This document shows, in pieces, positions 1 to 9,557 of a stretch of DNA of 64,000 nt. Both the position numbers and the translations under genes were made by a program. The DNA is from Candidatus Atabeyarchaeum deiterrae (lineage in GTDB: Archaea; Asgardarchaeota; Atabeyarchaeia; Atabeyarchaeales; Atabeyarchaeaceae): NCBI GenBank assembly GCA_037310415.1, contig CP147780.1:2592001-2656000 (forward strand), given 5' to 3'. Numbering within the stretch: position 1 is the first letter of the stretch; each line of letters begins with the position of its first letter. The notes below the pieces were generated by a model, which made no database searches, was not told the DNA's origin, and was given only the letters and a program-made list of their open reading frames with translations.

Positions 1-77
1 TCGAATGTTCCGTTTTCCGAGACCAAGCTGCTGATTGTAGTGAGTTCGAAAGGCTGGATCCCAAACCTCAACTTTTT

Positions 78-1799
78 CTACCTTCTATTTTCACGAAGTT
101 TTTGAGTTAGATTCCAATCTATGCTCTTTCTCTTAATATCTATTGCGACACAATATTCTCTCTCAGCCGCCTCCGCAGAAACGAAACCATTTAACACATC
201 TCTGAGAACGTTTTCTGGATCTCTCTCCTGCGGGCTTCCGTATCCTCCGCCGCCTGGTGTTCTGACTATAAGAGTGTCGCCTCCGTTCATTTTGAAGCTG
301 CTCTTAGAGCCAATTTTTCTCTGGGTGCCGTCGGAGCGTAGGAGGAAATACGCTCCTCTTGCTGCTTCTCTTCCACCATTCAACCCCCATGGTGCTATCT
401 TGTTTCTCTCAGCCAAGATCGATACGGTTGCACTGTCTGCCAATAGCGTCCAGCTCCGTTCTATGCCTACTCCTCCTCTCCATCTCCCAGGCCCTCCCGA
501 GTCTGCTCTCAACTCATACTTGACGACTCTGATCGGGTAAGATGACTCAATTACCTCGATTGGTGTATTCATTGTGTTTGTCATATGAACGTGCACGCCA
601 TCGGCGCCGTCGACTCCTAAGGAAGCGCCCATTCCACCTCCTATGGTTTCGTAGAACGACCAGCGACCCTGATTCGATTCCTCTCCTCCCACGGTCACGT
701 TGTTCATGGTTCCTTGGGCGGCTGCGCACACCTTCTGAGGTATCATTTGTGCGAATGCTTTGAGAAGTGTGTCAACGTTTCTCTGCGAGGTTTCCACGTT
801 GCCACCCGCGACTGGGGCCGGAAATACGGGGTTCAGTATGGAACCTTCAGGGACGTGGGTTTCTATTGGTCTGCTGAAACCGTCGTTAGTAGGGATGGTT
901 GGATCGGTTACGCATTTGACTGTGTAGTACACGCCAGCCAAGGTTACGCCAAGTGGCGCGTTTAGTGGTGCTCTGACTTGTTTGTCAGTACCTGAGTAAT
1001 CTAAGGTGATTCTTTCTCCACTCTTCTTAATTTTCACTTTTATCTTGACGGGTCTTTCACTTAAGCCAGTATCTTCGAGGTAGTCTTCCGCCTCACACTC
1101 TCCATCTGGCATTCTCGCGAATTCTTTCCGGAGTCTGGTTTCGGAGATGGTCATCACTCTGTCTACAGCTTCCTCAACGAGATTCGAGCCGTACCTTTCA
1201 AACACTTCAATCACTCTGCGTTCACCGATTGTGGTGGCGGCCATCTGTGCCTTCAAGTCTCCCATGGTTGTCTTTGGAGTTCTTACGTTGCTTGTTATCC
1301 AGTTCATAACCTTCTGGACTATTCTTCCTGCTTCGACAATTTTAGTAGGTGGGATTATGAGCCCTTCTTGGCTTAGTTCGGTTGAGTCGCTTGGCATGCT
1401 ACCTGGAGTTTTGCCGCCGATGTCTGAGTGATGCGCCTTGTTAGCCACGTAGCCTAACAGTCTTTTCTTCCAGAAAACTGGTTTGATTAGCATTAGGTCC
1501 GGAAGGTGCGTTCCAGCTACTGACGGATCGTTTACAAGGATTATGTCGCCTGCTTCTAGGGAATCCGTATAGGCTGTGAGAGTGTTTTTCACTCCGAAAG
1601 GAAGTGAACCTAGGTGAACCGGAATATGTTCTGCTTGCGCTACTAGCCTTCTCTTAGAGTCGAAAATTGAGCATGAGTGATCCATTCTCTCTTTTATATT
1701 GGGGGAGTAGGCACTATTCCTCAGAGCGACACCCATTTCTTCACTAGCATAGACTAGTGCCCCCCCAATCAATTCGGTTGTAATTGGGTCAATCTGCAT
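78..1799 (-). CDS. Hydantoinase B / 5-oxoprolinase subunit B family protein
   Basis: EEMG..L..SAYSPNIKERMDHSC, HIPVHLGS, GTHLPD, AHHSDIGG, TPGGGGYG motifs. Confidence 0.93.
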   Translation of the reverse strand: MQIDPITTELIGGALVYASEEMGVALRNSAYSPNIKERMDHSCSIFDSKRRLVAQAEHIPVHLGSLPFGVKNTLTAYTDSLEAGDIILVNDPSVAGTHLPDLMLIKPVFWKKRLLGYVANKAHHSDIGGKTPGSMPSDSTELSQEGLIIPPTKIVEAGRIVQKVMNWITSNVRTPKTTMGDLKAQMAATTIGERRVIEVFERYGSNLVEEAVDRVMTISETRLRKEFARMPDGECEAEDYLEDTGLSERPVKIKVKIKKSGERITLDYSGTDKQVRAPLNAPLGVTLAGVYYTVKCVTDPTIPTNDGFSRPIETHVPEGSILNPVFPAPVAGGNVETSQRNVDTLLKAFAQMIPQKVCAAAQGTMNNVTVGGEESNQGRWSFYETIGGGMGASLGVDGADGVHVHMTNTMNTPIEVIESSYPIRVVKYELRADSGGPGRWRGGVGIERSWTLLADSATVSILAERNKIAPWGLNGGREAARGAYFLLRSDGTQRKIGSKSSFKMNGGDTLIVRTPGGGGYGSPQERDPENVLRDVLNGFVSAEAAEREYCVAIDIKRKSIDWNLTQKLRENRR

Positions 1800-1827
1800 G
1801 GCGTGGCATCTACCTCACTCGGTTCGC

Positions 1828-3924
1828 TTACTTCTGACATTTCAGTCTCAAGTTATGATATTCGTCGACGTTGCATGTCCAATCCGGAAAGACCAGAGTT
1901 GTTGAGTCATATTGCTCAACTACTGCAGGACCATCCAAGGTGTCCCCCGAGCATAGCTTGTCCCGGTTGTATATTGGGCACTTGTTTGAATTCCCTTCGT
2001 TGAAGTGGACAGATCTCATTGAGGTTTTAGCTTCTTGTGGATTCTTTCTGCGGCCTTGCCGATTCTTCTGGAAGATGGGTTTAACCGTGATTCCTCTTGC
2101 TGTCACCTTTGCATTGACAGCTTCCACTTCGTCTTCGGAGTAATATCCGTATGTTCCTTGATGTTTCTCGTGGAATCTCTTCACAACTTCTTTCAGTGAG
2201 CCCTTGTTGAAAGGTCTCATTGCCCGTACCGAGAGTTCATACGCTTGTCCGCGGTATCTCATGTCTAGCTGTCTCTCAAATGCGATTTGTCCATCATTCA
2301 CCTGTTCTCTGAGTAGTAGATCTCTTGTCTCCGTCTCCATCTCAGCAAAGAGCATTTCGATTTCATCTGCATTGATCTCGCTCGCAACCTTGAATATTGG
2401 TCTGGAGTCATGGTGCACATAATCAGCAGTTATTAATCCAAGAGCCGAGAACAGACCAGGATTCAACGGCACTATGATTTGACTAATACAAAGTTCATGA
2501 GCTAGTAGACATGCATGCATGGGTCCTGCTCCGCCGAAGGCTATAAGAGTGAAGTTGCGAGGATCGACCCCCCTTTCGACAGAAACTATCCTCACAATCT
2601 TGTTGATCTCTGAGACTGCTATCTTAATGGTCCCCGCCGCAGCCTCAATCAGATCTAGTCCGGTTTTCTCACAGATCTCTTCTCTGACTGATTTCTCAGC
2701 TAGGTTAGCATAGATTCTTAGCCTGCCTCCGAGGAGGTACTTTGGGTTTAATCGTCCTAGGACCACATTCGCATCGGTTATAGTTGGTTTTTCTCCCCCT
2801 TTTCCATAGCAGGCAGGTCCCGGGTCGGCCCCTGCGCTCATTGGACCAAGTCGTACTCCTCCACCATCATCAACCCAAGCTATGGTTCCTCCTCCAGCGC
2901 CACATTCTACAACGTCGATAAATGGGAACCTAATAGGGTAACCTGAACCTCTGATGATTCTCCCACTGTGAACCTTTCCTCCGACTTCATACTCTGATGT
3001 CACCTCTGGCAAACCATCTTTTACGATTCCAGCTTTTGCCGTTGTCCCTCCCATGTCGAAGCTGATCATATTTCTCAGGTTAAGCAACTTGCTGTAAAAG
3101 GATGTTGACATCACGCCTGCGGCTGGACCTGACTCGATTATTGTTACCGGTTTTTCCGTGATGACCTCGTTTGATGCGATGCCACCATTGCTTTGCATTA
3201 TCGTAAAGGTTGACTCGATCTTGAGCTCCTCTTTCAATCGCTTGCTTAGTTCCCCAACATAGTCTGAGATGATTGGCATTAGGCAAGCGTTCACTGCCGC
3301 TGTGCTTATTCGCTCATATTCTCTATATTCTCGTGCAACCCGGTGTGAGAGAGTAATGTGAAGATCTGGACAAGCCTCTCTCAATTGCCTCTCGATTTTC
3401 AACTCGTGGCTCGGCTGTATGTAGGAGTTAATAAATCCGATCGCAACAGATTTTACGTCTTCGGCTTTCAGAGTTTCGCCGATCCTTGTAGCCTCTTCTT
3501 CGTCTAAGGGCTCTATTTCTTTTCCACTCGCAGTTATTCTCTCTCTTACTTCATATCTGTGCATTCTAGCTATCAGAGTCCGAGGTTTGTGAAAGGAAAG
3601 ATTGTAGAGTTCGGGTCTCTTTTGTCTTCCAATTTCGATTACATCTCTGAAACCCTTTGTTGTGATTAGAGCTGTCTTTGGGAGTTCTAGTCCGAGTTGA
3701 CCTAAGAGTGAGTTGACGGCAATTGTTGTTGCATGGGTCACTGATGCTATTTCTTCGGTTCTTGCGCCTTGAAGGAATTCTCGTAAGGCTGTAATCACAG
3801 CTTCTGATGGTTGCCTTGGTGTTGAGGGGATCTTGATGTTGGTCAGTGTTCCTGTCTCCTCGTCTAGGGCCAATAGGTCGGTAAATGTTCCACCGATGTC
3901 TATACTGACCCTGTACCTGGGCAA
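1828..3924 (-). CDS. Hydantoinase A / 5-oxoprolinase subunit A family protein
   Basis: IDIGGTFTD, SGPAAGV, DMGGTT, SAGADPGPACY, FGGAGPMH motifs; upstream of the B subunit. Confidence 0.93.
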   Translation of the reverse strand: MPRYRVSIDIGGTFTDLLALDEETGTLTNIKIPSTPRQPSEAVITALREFLQGARTEEIASVTHATTIAVNSLLGQLGLELPKTALITTKGFRDVIEIGRQKRPELYNLSFHKPRTLIARMHRYEVRERITASGKEIEPLDEEEATRIGETLKAEDVKSVAIGFINSYIQPSHELKIERQLREACPDLHITLSHRVAREYREYERISTAAVNACLMPIISDYVGELSKRLKEELKIESTFTIMQSNGGIASNEVITEKPVTIIESGPAAGVMSTSFYSKLLNLRNMISFDMGGTTAKAGIVKDGLPEVTSEYEVGGKVHSGRIIRGSGYPIRFPFIDVVECGAGGGTIAWVDDGGGVRLGPMSAGADPGPACYGKGGEKPTITDANVVLGRLNPKYLLGGRLRIYANLAEKSVREEICEKTGLDLIEAAAGTIKIAVSEINKIVRIVSVERGVDPRNFTLIAFGGAGPMHACLLAHELCISQIIVPLNPGLFSALGLITADYVHHDSRPIFKVASEINADEIEMLFAEMETETRDLLLREQVNDGQIAFERQLDMRYRGQAYELSVRAMRPFNKGSLKEVVKRFHEKHQGTYGYYSEDEVEAVNAKVTARGITVKPIFQKNRQGRRKNPQEAKTSMRSVHFNEGNSNKCPIYNRDKLCSGDTLDGPAVVEQYDSTTLVFPDWTCNVDEYHNLRLKCQK

Positions 3925-4147
3925 TCCCGTTCACCTTTGAGATTTTTCCGTCGCACTATTCTTGGATAATGAAATGGAAGTAATCTTTACCCTAATAAAC
4001 AAGTTGAGATTGCTTACATCTGCATTTTTGCAAGACCAAGAGCGAATACTTGTTTTGACTAGGATCGTCTTCCAGGTTTCACAAATCTTTATAACGTATG
4101 AGAGACTAACAATGACAAAAATCTGACCTCGACTGGAGGAGCACATT

Positions 4148-4987
4148 TTGTGTAAATTCTGTGTCAAACACGGTGCAGGAAAGAAATGGTATGAGAACGT
4201 GCGAAATTACTCCAGAGATTTGTACGACGAGATCAACGCCCATCAGTGGACTGTGGATCATTGGCGAGTGAATGATAAGACGTATTCTGACGGCGTCACT
4301 GGGTTATATGATTTGGTGAAAGATCCGGTGAAAGGTGCGCCGATCAGGAAGACATGGAATGACATACTTCACAAGGATACTCCTCCGCAGAAATGGCCCG
4401 AGGGACACATGTGCCAAGTAGTGACCTTGGATGAAGCCAAGCAGATGGTGAAGATAGCCGGACCCGTGGTAAAGTTCCAGTGCATCTGCAGGAAATTCAT
4501 AAGAAATGTAACAGAGAAGGTTTGCATAGCCTTCTTGAAGCATGCCGAGGTTGCAGAGATGTTCCCTGATCACGTTTACAAGGGCGTCGATAGACTATCC
4601 TCCGAAGAAGCTGGCTCGTTCCTGGAAGAAGTAGATGAACGCGGTTTCGTGCACACGGCATCGGCAGTACCCATGCCATACGTCGGTGCTGTCTGCAACT
4701 GCCATTACCCGGAATGTGGCATACTTAGACCCAGGATGGATCTTGGTATTGATTCTTGTCTCAAGGGACATTTTGTCGCATCTGTGGACGTTGACAAGTG
4801 CTCGGGCTGCAAGACCTGTCTTGCTAGATGCCAGTTCGGCGCTATGCAATTCTCACATATCTTGGGACGCGCCCAAGTGTTCCAGTTTCGATGTTTTGGG
4901 TGTGGGCTCTGCGCTACAACGTGCCCAGAACATGCTATCGATATGATACCTAAGGAGAAGATTCCAACTCTCAAAGAGGTGTGGTAA
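4148..4987 (+). CDS. 4Fe-4S binding protein (C-terminal dicluster ferredoxin domain plus additional Cys motifs)
   Basis: CSGCKTCLARC and CFGCGLCATTCP; also CKFC, CICR, CNC..C. Confidence 0.8.
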   Translation: MCKFCVKHGAGKKWYENVRNYSRDLYDEINAHQWTVDHWRVNDKTYSDGVTGLYDLVKDPVKGAPIRKTWNDILHKDTPPQKWPEGHMCQVVTLDEAKQMVKIAGPVVKFQCICRKFIRNVTEKVCIAFLKHAEVAEMFPDHVYKGVDRLSSEEAGSFLEEVDERGFVHTASAVPMPYVGAVCNCHYPECGILRPRMDLGIDSCLKGHFVASVDVDKCSGCKTCLARCQFGAMQFSHILGRAQVFQFRCFGCGLCATTCPEHAIDMIPKEKIPTLKEVW

Positions 4988-4991
4988 ACAG

Positions 4992-5225
4992 ATGCCTGGA
5001 GTTAAGATAAAGTGGCTTCGAGAAAAATGTGGCAGACCGCAGGATTGTGGTAAGTGCATGCAGATTTGTCCGCATGCTGTATTTACGATGATTGCAGTGG
5101 ACCGGCAGCCAGGAAAACTGACTGAGAAATATGACTTGCTTCCATCCCTTGAGAGTTTTTGTACGATGTGCAATCTCTGCGTTCAGGACTGCCCGAAGAA
5201 AGCCTTGGAGATCAAGGCGAGATAG
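4992..5225 (+). CDS. Small 4Fe-4S dicluster ferredoxin
   Basis: C....DCGKCMQICP and CTMCNLCVQDCP. Confidence 0.85.
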   Translation: MPGVKIKWLREKCGRPQDCGKCMQICPHAVFTMIAVDRQPGKLTEKYDLLPSLESFCTMCNLCVQDCPKKALEIKAR

Positions 5226-5292
5226 TCCCCTCTGGTGCATGCCTATCTTCGTGTCCCCTTTTGCAGATGGGGGTTACAAGATAGAGTCGCTT

Positions 5293-6489
5293 CTACTCGT
5301 CTACCTCTTTTACTGGGAGCCCCATCGACTTTGCTACCAGAGTCACCAAGTCATAAACCGGCAACGTGTTTCCTTCTAGTCGCCCTGCAGCGTATCTTAG
5401 GTTCGTCTCACAGAGTGGACATGCGGAGACTATTGAAGTTGCACCAGTCTGCTTCGCTTCATCGATTCTTCTAAGTGCTATTCCTATCGCTTCTTCCGGT
5501 TTCACGGTGAAAAATCCGCCGCCGCCTCCACAGCAGTTCGAGTTTCTTCTGTTGTACTGCATCTCACTCAATGAGACTCCAGGTATTTTTGACAGAACAC
5601 GTCTTGGTTGTTCAAAGACTTCGCCATGTCTACCCAGATGACACGGGTCATGGTAGGTAACTTTCATGGATAGATTCTTTGCCAGATTGAGTTTTCCGTC
5701 GCTGAGTAACTTGTCCAGAACTTCGGTTATGTGCAAGACTTCTACATTGAATCCGCTGATCGTTTGTGGGTAGCTGTTCTTCAGCATAGTATAGCAGCCG
5801 GCGCACCCTGTGATTACTCTCTTCACGCCTGCGTCCTTAAGGATCTGAGAATTATGTTTGGCGAATTCCTCGTAAGCTATTTGGTTTCCGTCCCAGTAAG
5901 GGTGGTTGCCACAACACCATTCATCTTTCAGGACGGTGAAGTCGTAGCCAGTCTTGCCAAGGATTCTGACAATTGCTTCAGCAATATGGGGGTGTCGATA
6001 TGACGACACACATCCAGCAAAGTAGACGTTCTCACTTTTGCCTCTAAGTTGCACATCCTTAGGTAGCCACTTGAATCTCTCGGAGTGAGGTTCGCCATAT
6101 GGGTTCTTGGATTGCTGCAATGTGAGGTCCATCTTTTTGTGCTCAGGCAGTGGCGCTTTTCCTGCTTTGACGAGTTCAGTTCGTGCCGTCCGTATTATTT
6201 CTGAAGGGTCAATGAATCCCGTTGGGCATATTTCAGAACAGAGTTTGCAGGAAGTGCAAGCGTAAAGTCTCTTGACGGCGCCATCCGTCATCGGGTGCCA
6301 ATCTTTGAGTTGACCCTTTATCAGAAGCAGTTTGCCTCTAGGTGATACTGACTCCCAGCCTTCTTCCTTGAAGACTGGGCATCTTTCGACGCAGTCAGCG
6401 CACCAATTACACAACATTATTGTCGGTCTATATTCCGCAACGGACTTGCGTATGACCTTCGAAGGTTTGATGACAGCATTGCTTGCCAT
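5293..6489 (-). CDS. GlcF/HdrD-like Fe-S oxidoreductase with CCG domains
   Basis: Two ferredoxin motifs, FAGC, WCCG, TYHDPCHLGR, CCGGGGG, SACPLC. Confidence 0.9.
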   Translation of the reverse strand: MASNAVIKPSKVIRKSVAEYRPTIMLCNWCADCVERCPVFKEEGWESVSPRGKLLLIKGQLKDWHPMTDGAVKRLYACTSCKLCSEICPTGFIDPSEIIRTARTELVKAGKAPLPEHKKMDLTLQQSKNPYGEPHSERFKWLPKDVQLRGKSENVYFAGCVSSYRHPHIAEAIVRILGKTGYDFTVLKDEWCCGNHPYWDGNQIAYEEFAKHNSQILKDAGVKRVITGCAGCYTMLKNSYPQTISGFNVEVLHITEVLDKLLSDGKLNLAKNLSMKVTYHDPCHLGRHGEVFEQPRRVLSKIPGVSLSEMQYNRRNSNCCGGGGGFFTVKPEEAIGIALRRIDEAKQTGATSIVSACPLCETNLRYAAGRLEGNTLPVYDLVTLVAKSMGLPVKEVDE

Positions 6490-6492
6490 AAT

Positions 6493-7947
6493 TCAACGAC
6501 CTCCCGCTTTCTTTGGCAGGTTAGTAAACATTGATTTGGGAACCTCGTCAAGCGCCATCATGCCAGGGTTCATTATGCCTTTGGGGTCAAAAACTCTCTT
6601 TATTTTCCTCATGTACTCGAGTGCGATCCCATGCTCCAAGGGCATGAAAATGGCCTTTGATAGGCCGGCACCGTGCTCGGCAGTTATTGTTCCTCTATAC
6701 TTGTTGAGTACCGTCTCTGCAATTGCCCGTCCTATCTTGTCGCCTTTCTCTATCTCTTTTGTCGGGTCGATTGAGAGCCCGATGTGGACATTGCCATCAC
6801 CGATATGGCCAAACATGACTATTAGTGGCGCTCCGGCTTTCTTGGCGACGTCTTTCAGCTCTCTGAGAGCTTCCGGAACTCTTGATATCGGAACGCCTGT
6901 ATCTGATACTCCATGGACAACTATGCTTTCGCCTCGTAGCTGTGTGAGCCGAGTGTACACGCTGTCTCGCGCTTTCCACATCTGCCTTCTATCTTCAGGG
7001 TCCTGAGAGACCCTTACCTCAACAGCGCCATTCTCCAAGCAGATCTTCTTTACCTTCTCCATCTCTCCCTTTACGTTCTCTTCCATAGTTCCATCTGTCT
7101 CAATCATGAGGTTTGCCTCACCAAGTGGAAGTGGGTTTCTCAAAGCAGGGTTCATCGCAGCTGCACAGAACTGGTCTACTAGTTCCATTGCGGAAGGGGT
7201 AATCCCAGAGTTTATTATCTGGGAAGCTACCTTGCCTGCGTCTACAACGGATTTGAAGACAGCTATCAGGACTTGCGCATATTTCGGCATTGGTAGAATC
7301 TTCAGAGCAATCTCAGTGAAGACGCCTAGCGTTCCCTCTGAACCCACGAATAGTCTGGTGAGGTCATATCCTGAGGAGGTTTTGATTGACCTTGAACCAG
7401 TTTTGATTACTTCACCATTCGGGAGGACAACTTCAAGCCCTAAAACGAAATCTCTTGTAACGCCATACTTGACGGCGCGAATGCCACTAGCGTTGTTTCC
7501 CACCATTCCTCCGAGGGTGCAGGACATTGCGCTTCCTGGCTCTGGTGGAAAACAGTACCCGTACTTTGACAATTCTTCATTCAGCTTTGAGTATATCACC
7601 CCAGGCTCTACGACAACTGTTCTGTCTCCAACGATGATCTCCTTGATCTTGTTCATCTTCCGCATGTCTAGTATGATTCCACCTCTCAAGGTCAAGGCTT
7701 GTCCCGCTAAACTAGTTCCTGCTCCACGAGGGTTAACTGGTATCCCATGTTCATTGCAGAATTTCAGGATCTGGACTAGTTCATCCTTGTCCTTTGGGCG
7801 AACAATGGCCCATGGCTCACCTTGATGATTGGAAGCATCAAGACTGTAGGCAAACAGTTCAGTCTCGTCGATCGAAACATCGTCCTCGCCAACAATTTTG
7901 GAAAAATCCTTGAAAAGAGACTTCTGATCTGGGATTAATGATGCCAT
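6493..7947 (-). CDS. FAD-linked oxidase, GlcD / D-lactate dehydrogenase family
   Basis: RGAGTSLAG, SGYDLTRLFVGSEGTLG, GHIGDGNVH, AEHGAG, FDPKGIMNPG; start placed at MASL (track starts at 7989). Confidence 0.9.
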   Translation of the reverse strand: MASLIPDQKSLFKDFSKIVGEDDVSIDETELFAYSLDASNHQGEPWAIVRPKDKDELVQILKFCNEHGIPVNPRGAGTSLAGQALTLRGGIILDMRKMNKIKEIIVGDRTVVVEPGVIYSKLNEELSKYGYCFPPEPGSAMSCTLGGMVGNNASGIRAVKYGVTRDFVLGLEVVLPNGEVIKTGSRSIKTSSGYDLTRLFVGSEGTLGVFTEIALKILPMPKYAQVLIAVFKSVVDAGKVASQIINSGITPSAMELVDQFCAAAMNPALRNPLPLGEANLMIETDGTMEENVKGEMEKVKKICLENGAVEVRVSQDPEDRRQMWKARDSVYTRLTQLRGESIVVHGVSDTGVPISRVPEALRELKDVAKKAGAPLIVMFGHIGDGNVHIGLSIDPTKEIEKGDKIGRAIAETVLNKYRGTITAEHGAGLSKAIFMPLEHGIALEYMRKIKRVFDPKGIMNPGMMALDEVPKSMFTNLPKKAGGR

Positions 7948-8060
7948 AGATGATCTTCTCCTCCTGCTAGGAGACCGAGAAAGGAACATGCAAATAAAGT
8001 TTTATCTGCGCGCAGGGAAAAGCGAGAGCACAAGAAAGAGCTACTTTGGACCCGTTTCCA

Positions 8061-8837
8061 CTAGAAGAAGGCTTGGGGGTTCAGGGTTAACCCTTCACTG
8101 GTTATAACGTACGGTATGAGCTTAGTCGTGTGATAAGTCTCTCTTAAATGCTCAATCCGTAGATATGTTCTTGATTCATCCTTCTCGATTCTTCGTATCA
8201 TTTCAATACTGTTACCAGTCAACTGCTTGAGTGCTGTCTCGGCATGTGAGCCATGCATTCCCAGATGAGATATGAAGAGAGCAACCGCATTTCCCACAAG
8301 GTTGATTCGAACCACGAGACGGCGGAGAAGTCTGTAGACCTTTGGTAGGTCTTGTGTTGTGCTTAAGATTGGTGAGATTGAGTCTAGAACAATTCGAATA
8401 GCTGAGTTCTTGGGCGACATGGGACTCAGTTTCGTAAGCAGATTGTCAAAAACAGCGAACAGTTCATCAAGGTTGCCCGGGTTTTTCACATATGCTTCTT
8501 CCGAGAACGTTTGATCAGCGGTATCTGTGGCACCAGTGAACGCGTCGACTATGTGGAGTCTTCTCTTGGATGTATCCTTCGAAATGTAAGGGGAGATGTC
8601 CCAATTGAAGCGAATCATTCTCCGGCGTAGCTCTGAAGGCGGAAAATCAAAGACAACATAGAGAACATGGTCGTTGCGTTTGAGTCCCTCCCAAACAAAG
8701 TGTTCGCAGAAAATGCTTTTTCCGATTCCGGGGGGACCAATCAGGAGTACTGTTGAAGGCTTCAAAAAGCCTCCCTGCATCAGAGCATCTAGTCCTTCTA
8801 TGCCAACAGGGATTCTTTCGCCAATTCCAATGCTCAT
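8061..8837 (-). CDS. KaiC/RAD55-like RecA-fold ATPase (single domain)
   Basis: GIEGLDALMQGG, Walker A GPPGIGKS, RIVLDS; overlaps the V4R gene by 4 nt. Confidence 0.85.
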   Translation of the reverse strand: MSIGIGERIPVGIEGLDALMQGGFLKPSTVLLIGPPGIGKSIFCEHFVWEGLKRNDHVLYVVFDFPPSELRRRMIRFNWDISPYISKDTSKRRLHIVDAFTGATDTADQTFSEEAYVKNPGNLDELFAVFDNLLTKLSPMSPKNSAIRIVLDSISPILSTTQDLPKVYRLLRRLVVRINLVGNAVALFISHLGMHGSHAETALKQLTGNSIEMIRRIEKDESRTYLRIEHLRETYHTTKLIPYVITSEGLTLNPQAFF

Positions 8838-9412
8838 TTTTCTGATGACCTCTCAAGCGCAATTTTTGCAATGTTCTCTGGTGACCCAACCACGAATTCG
8901 CAATGATCATCACCTTTGGCTTCGCAGAGAACCTCGACGCATTCCCTCCTTTGTCCTGTGAAGAACTCGGCAAACCCTGCGATGAGTCCCCTTATTTGGT
9001 GGCAGACAGCCCGGTAGGTTTTTCCATAGCTCTGTGCAATTGGCGAATGTCTTACAATGAAAACTGCTCTGAGTTCGTCGAAATTTCCCAGTTCCCATCG
9101 ACCCCATCCCGTCACTCTCATGAAATCTAGACCGGCTAATACCACCTTGCTACCCTTCTTCTCAATCTTGATGCTCTTTCGGATGATTTCGCCACTTGAT
9201 CGTCCAGCTTCTCTATTGGCTTCGTATAGGAGCATTCCTGCAGCGTCGAACCCAACGAGACTTTCGATCCGCTTTTGGACTGAAACATATGAATCCGATG
9301 AAAAGACCAAGAAACGGGAATCTTCAGCCTTCATGATTCCTCTGTCATTGTCATAGGAGACATTCTTTAACAGCTTCTCTATAGCTTCCGCGAACTCGCT
9401 CACACCACTCAT
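8834..9412 (-). CDS. V4R-domain protein
   Basis: GWG, CHQIRGLIAG, EVLCEAKGDDHCEFVV motifs. Confidence 0.85.
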   Translation of the reverse strand: MSGVSEFAEAIEKLLKNVSYDNDRGIMKAEDSRFLVFSSDSYVSVQKRIESLVGFDAAGMLLYEANREAGRSSGEIIRKSIKIEKKGSKVVLAGLDFMRVTGWGRWELGNFDELRAVFIVRHSPIAQSYGKTYRAVCHQIRGLIAGFAEFFTGQRRECVEVLCEAKGDDHCEFVVGSPENIAKIALERSSEK

Positions 9413-9557
9413 CTAGATTTTCCCCCATCATTTTCCGCTGTTTGATAATTCGACCACTAGCCACTCGACTAGCCGTACCTTAATTGAGGATTATAGTAAT
9501 TAAGTCTAACCCAAATAGGATAAATTCTAGCAGAAAAGACGAGGCGGAACTACGAAT

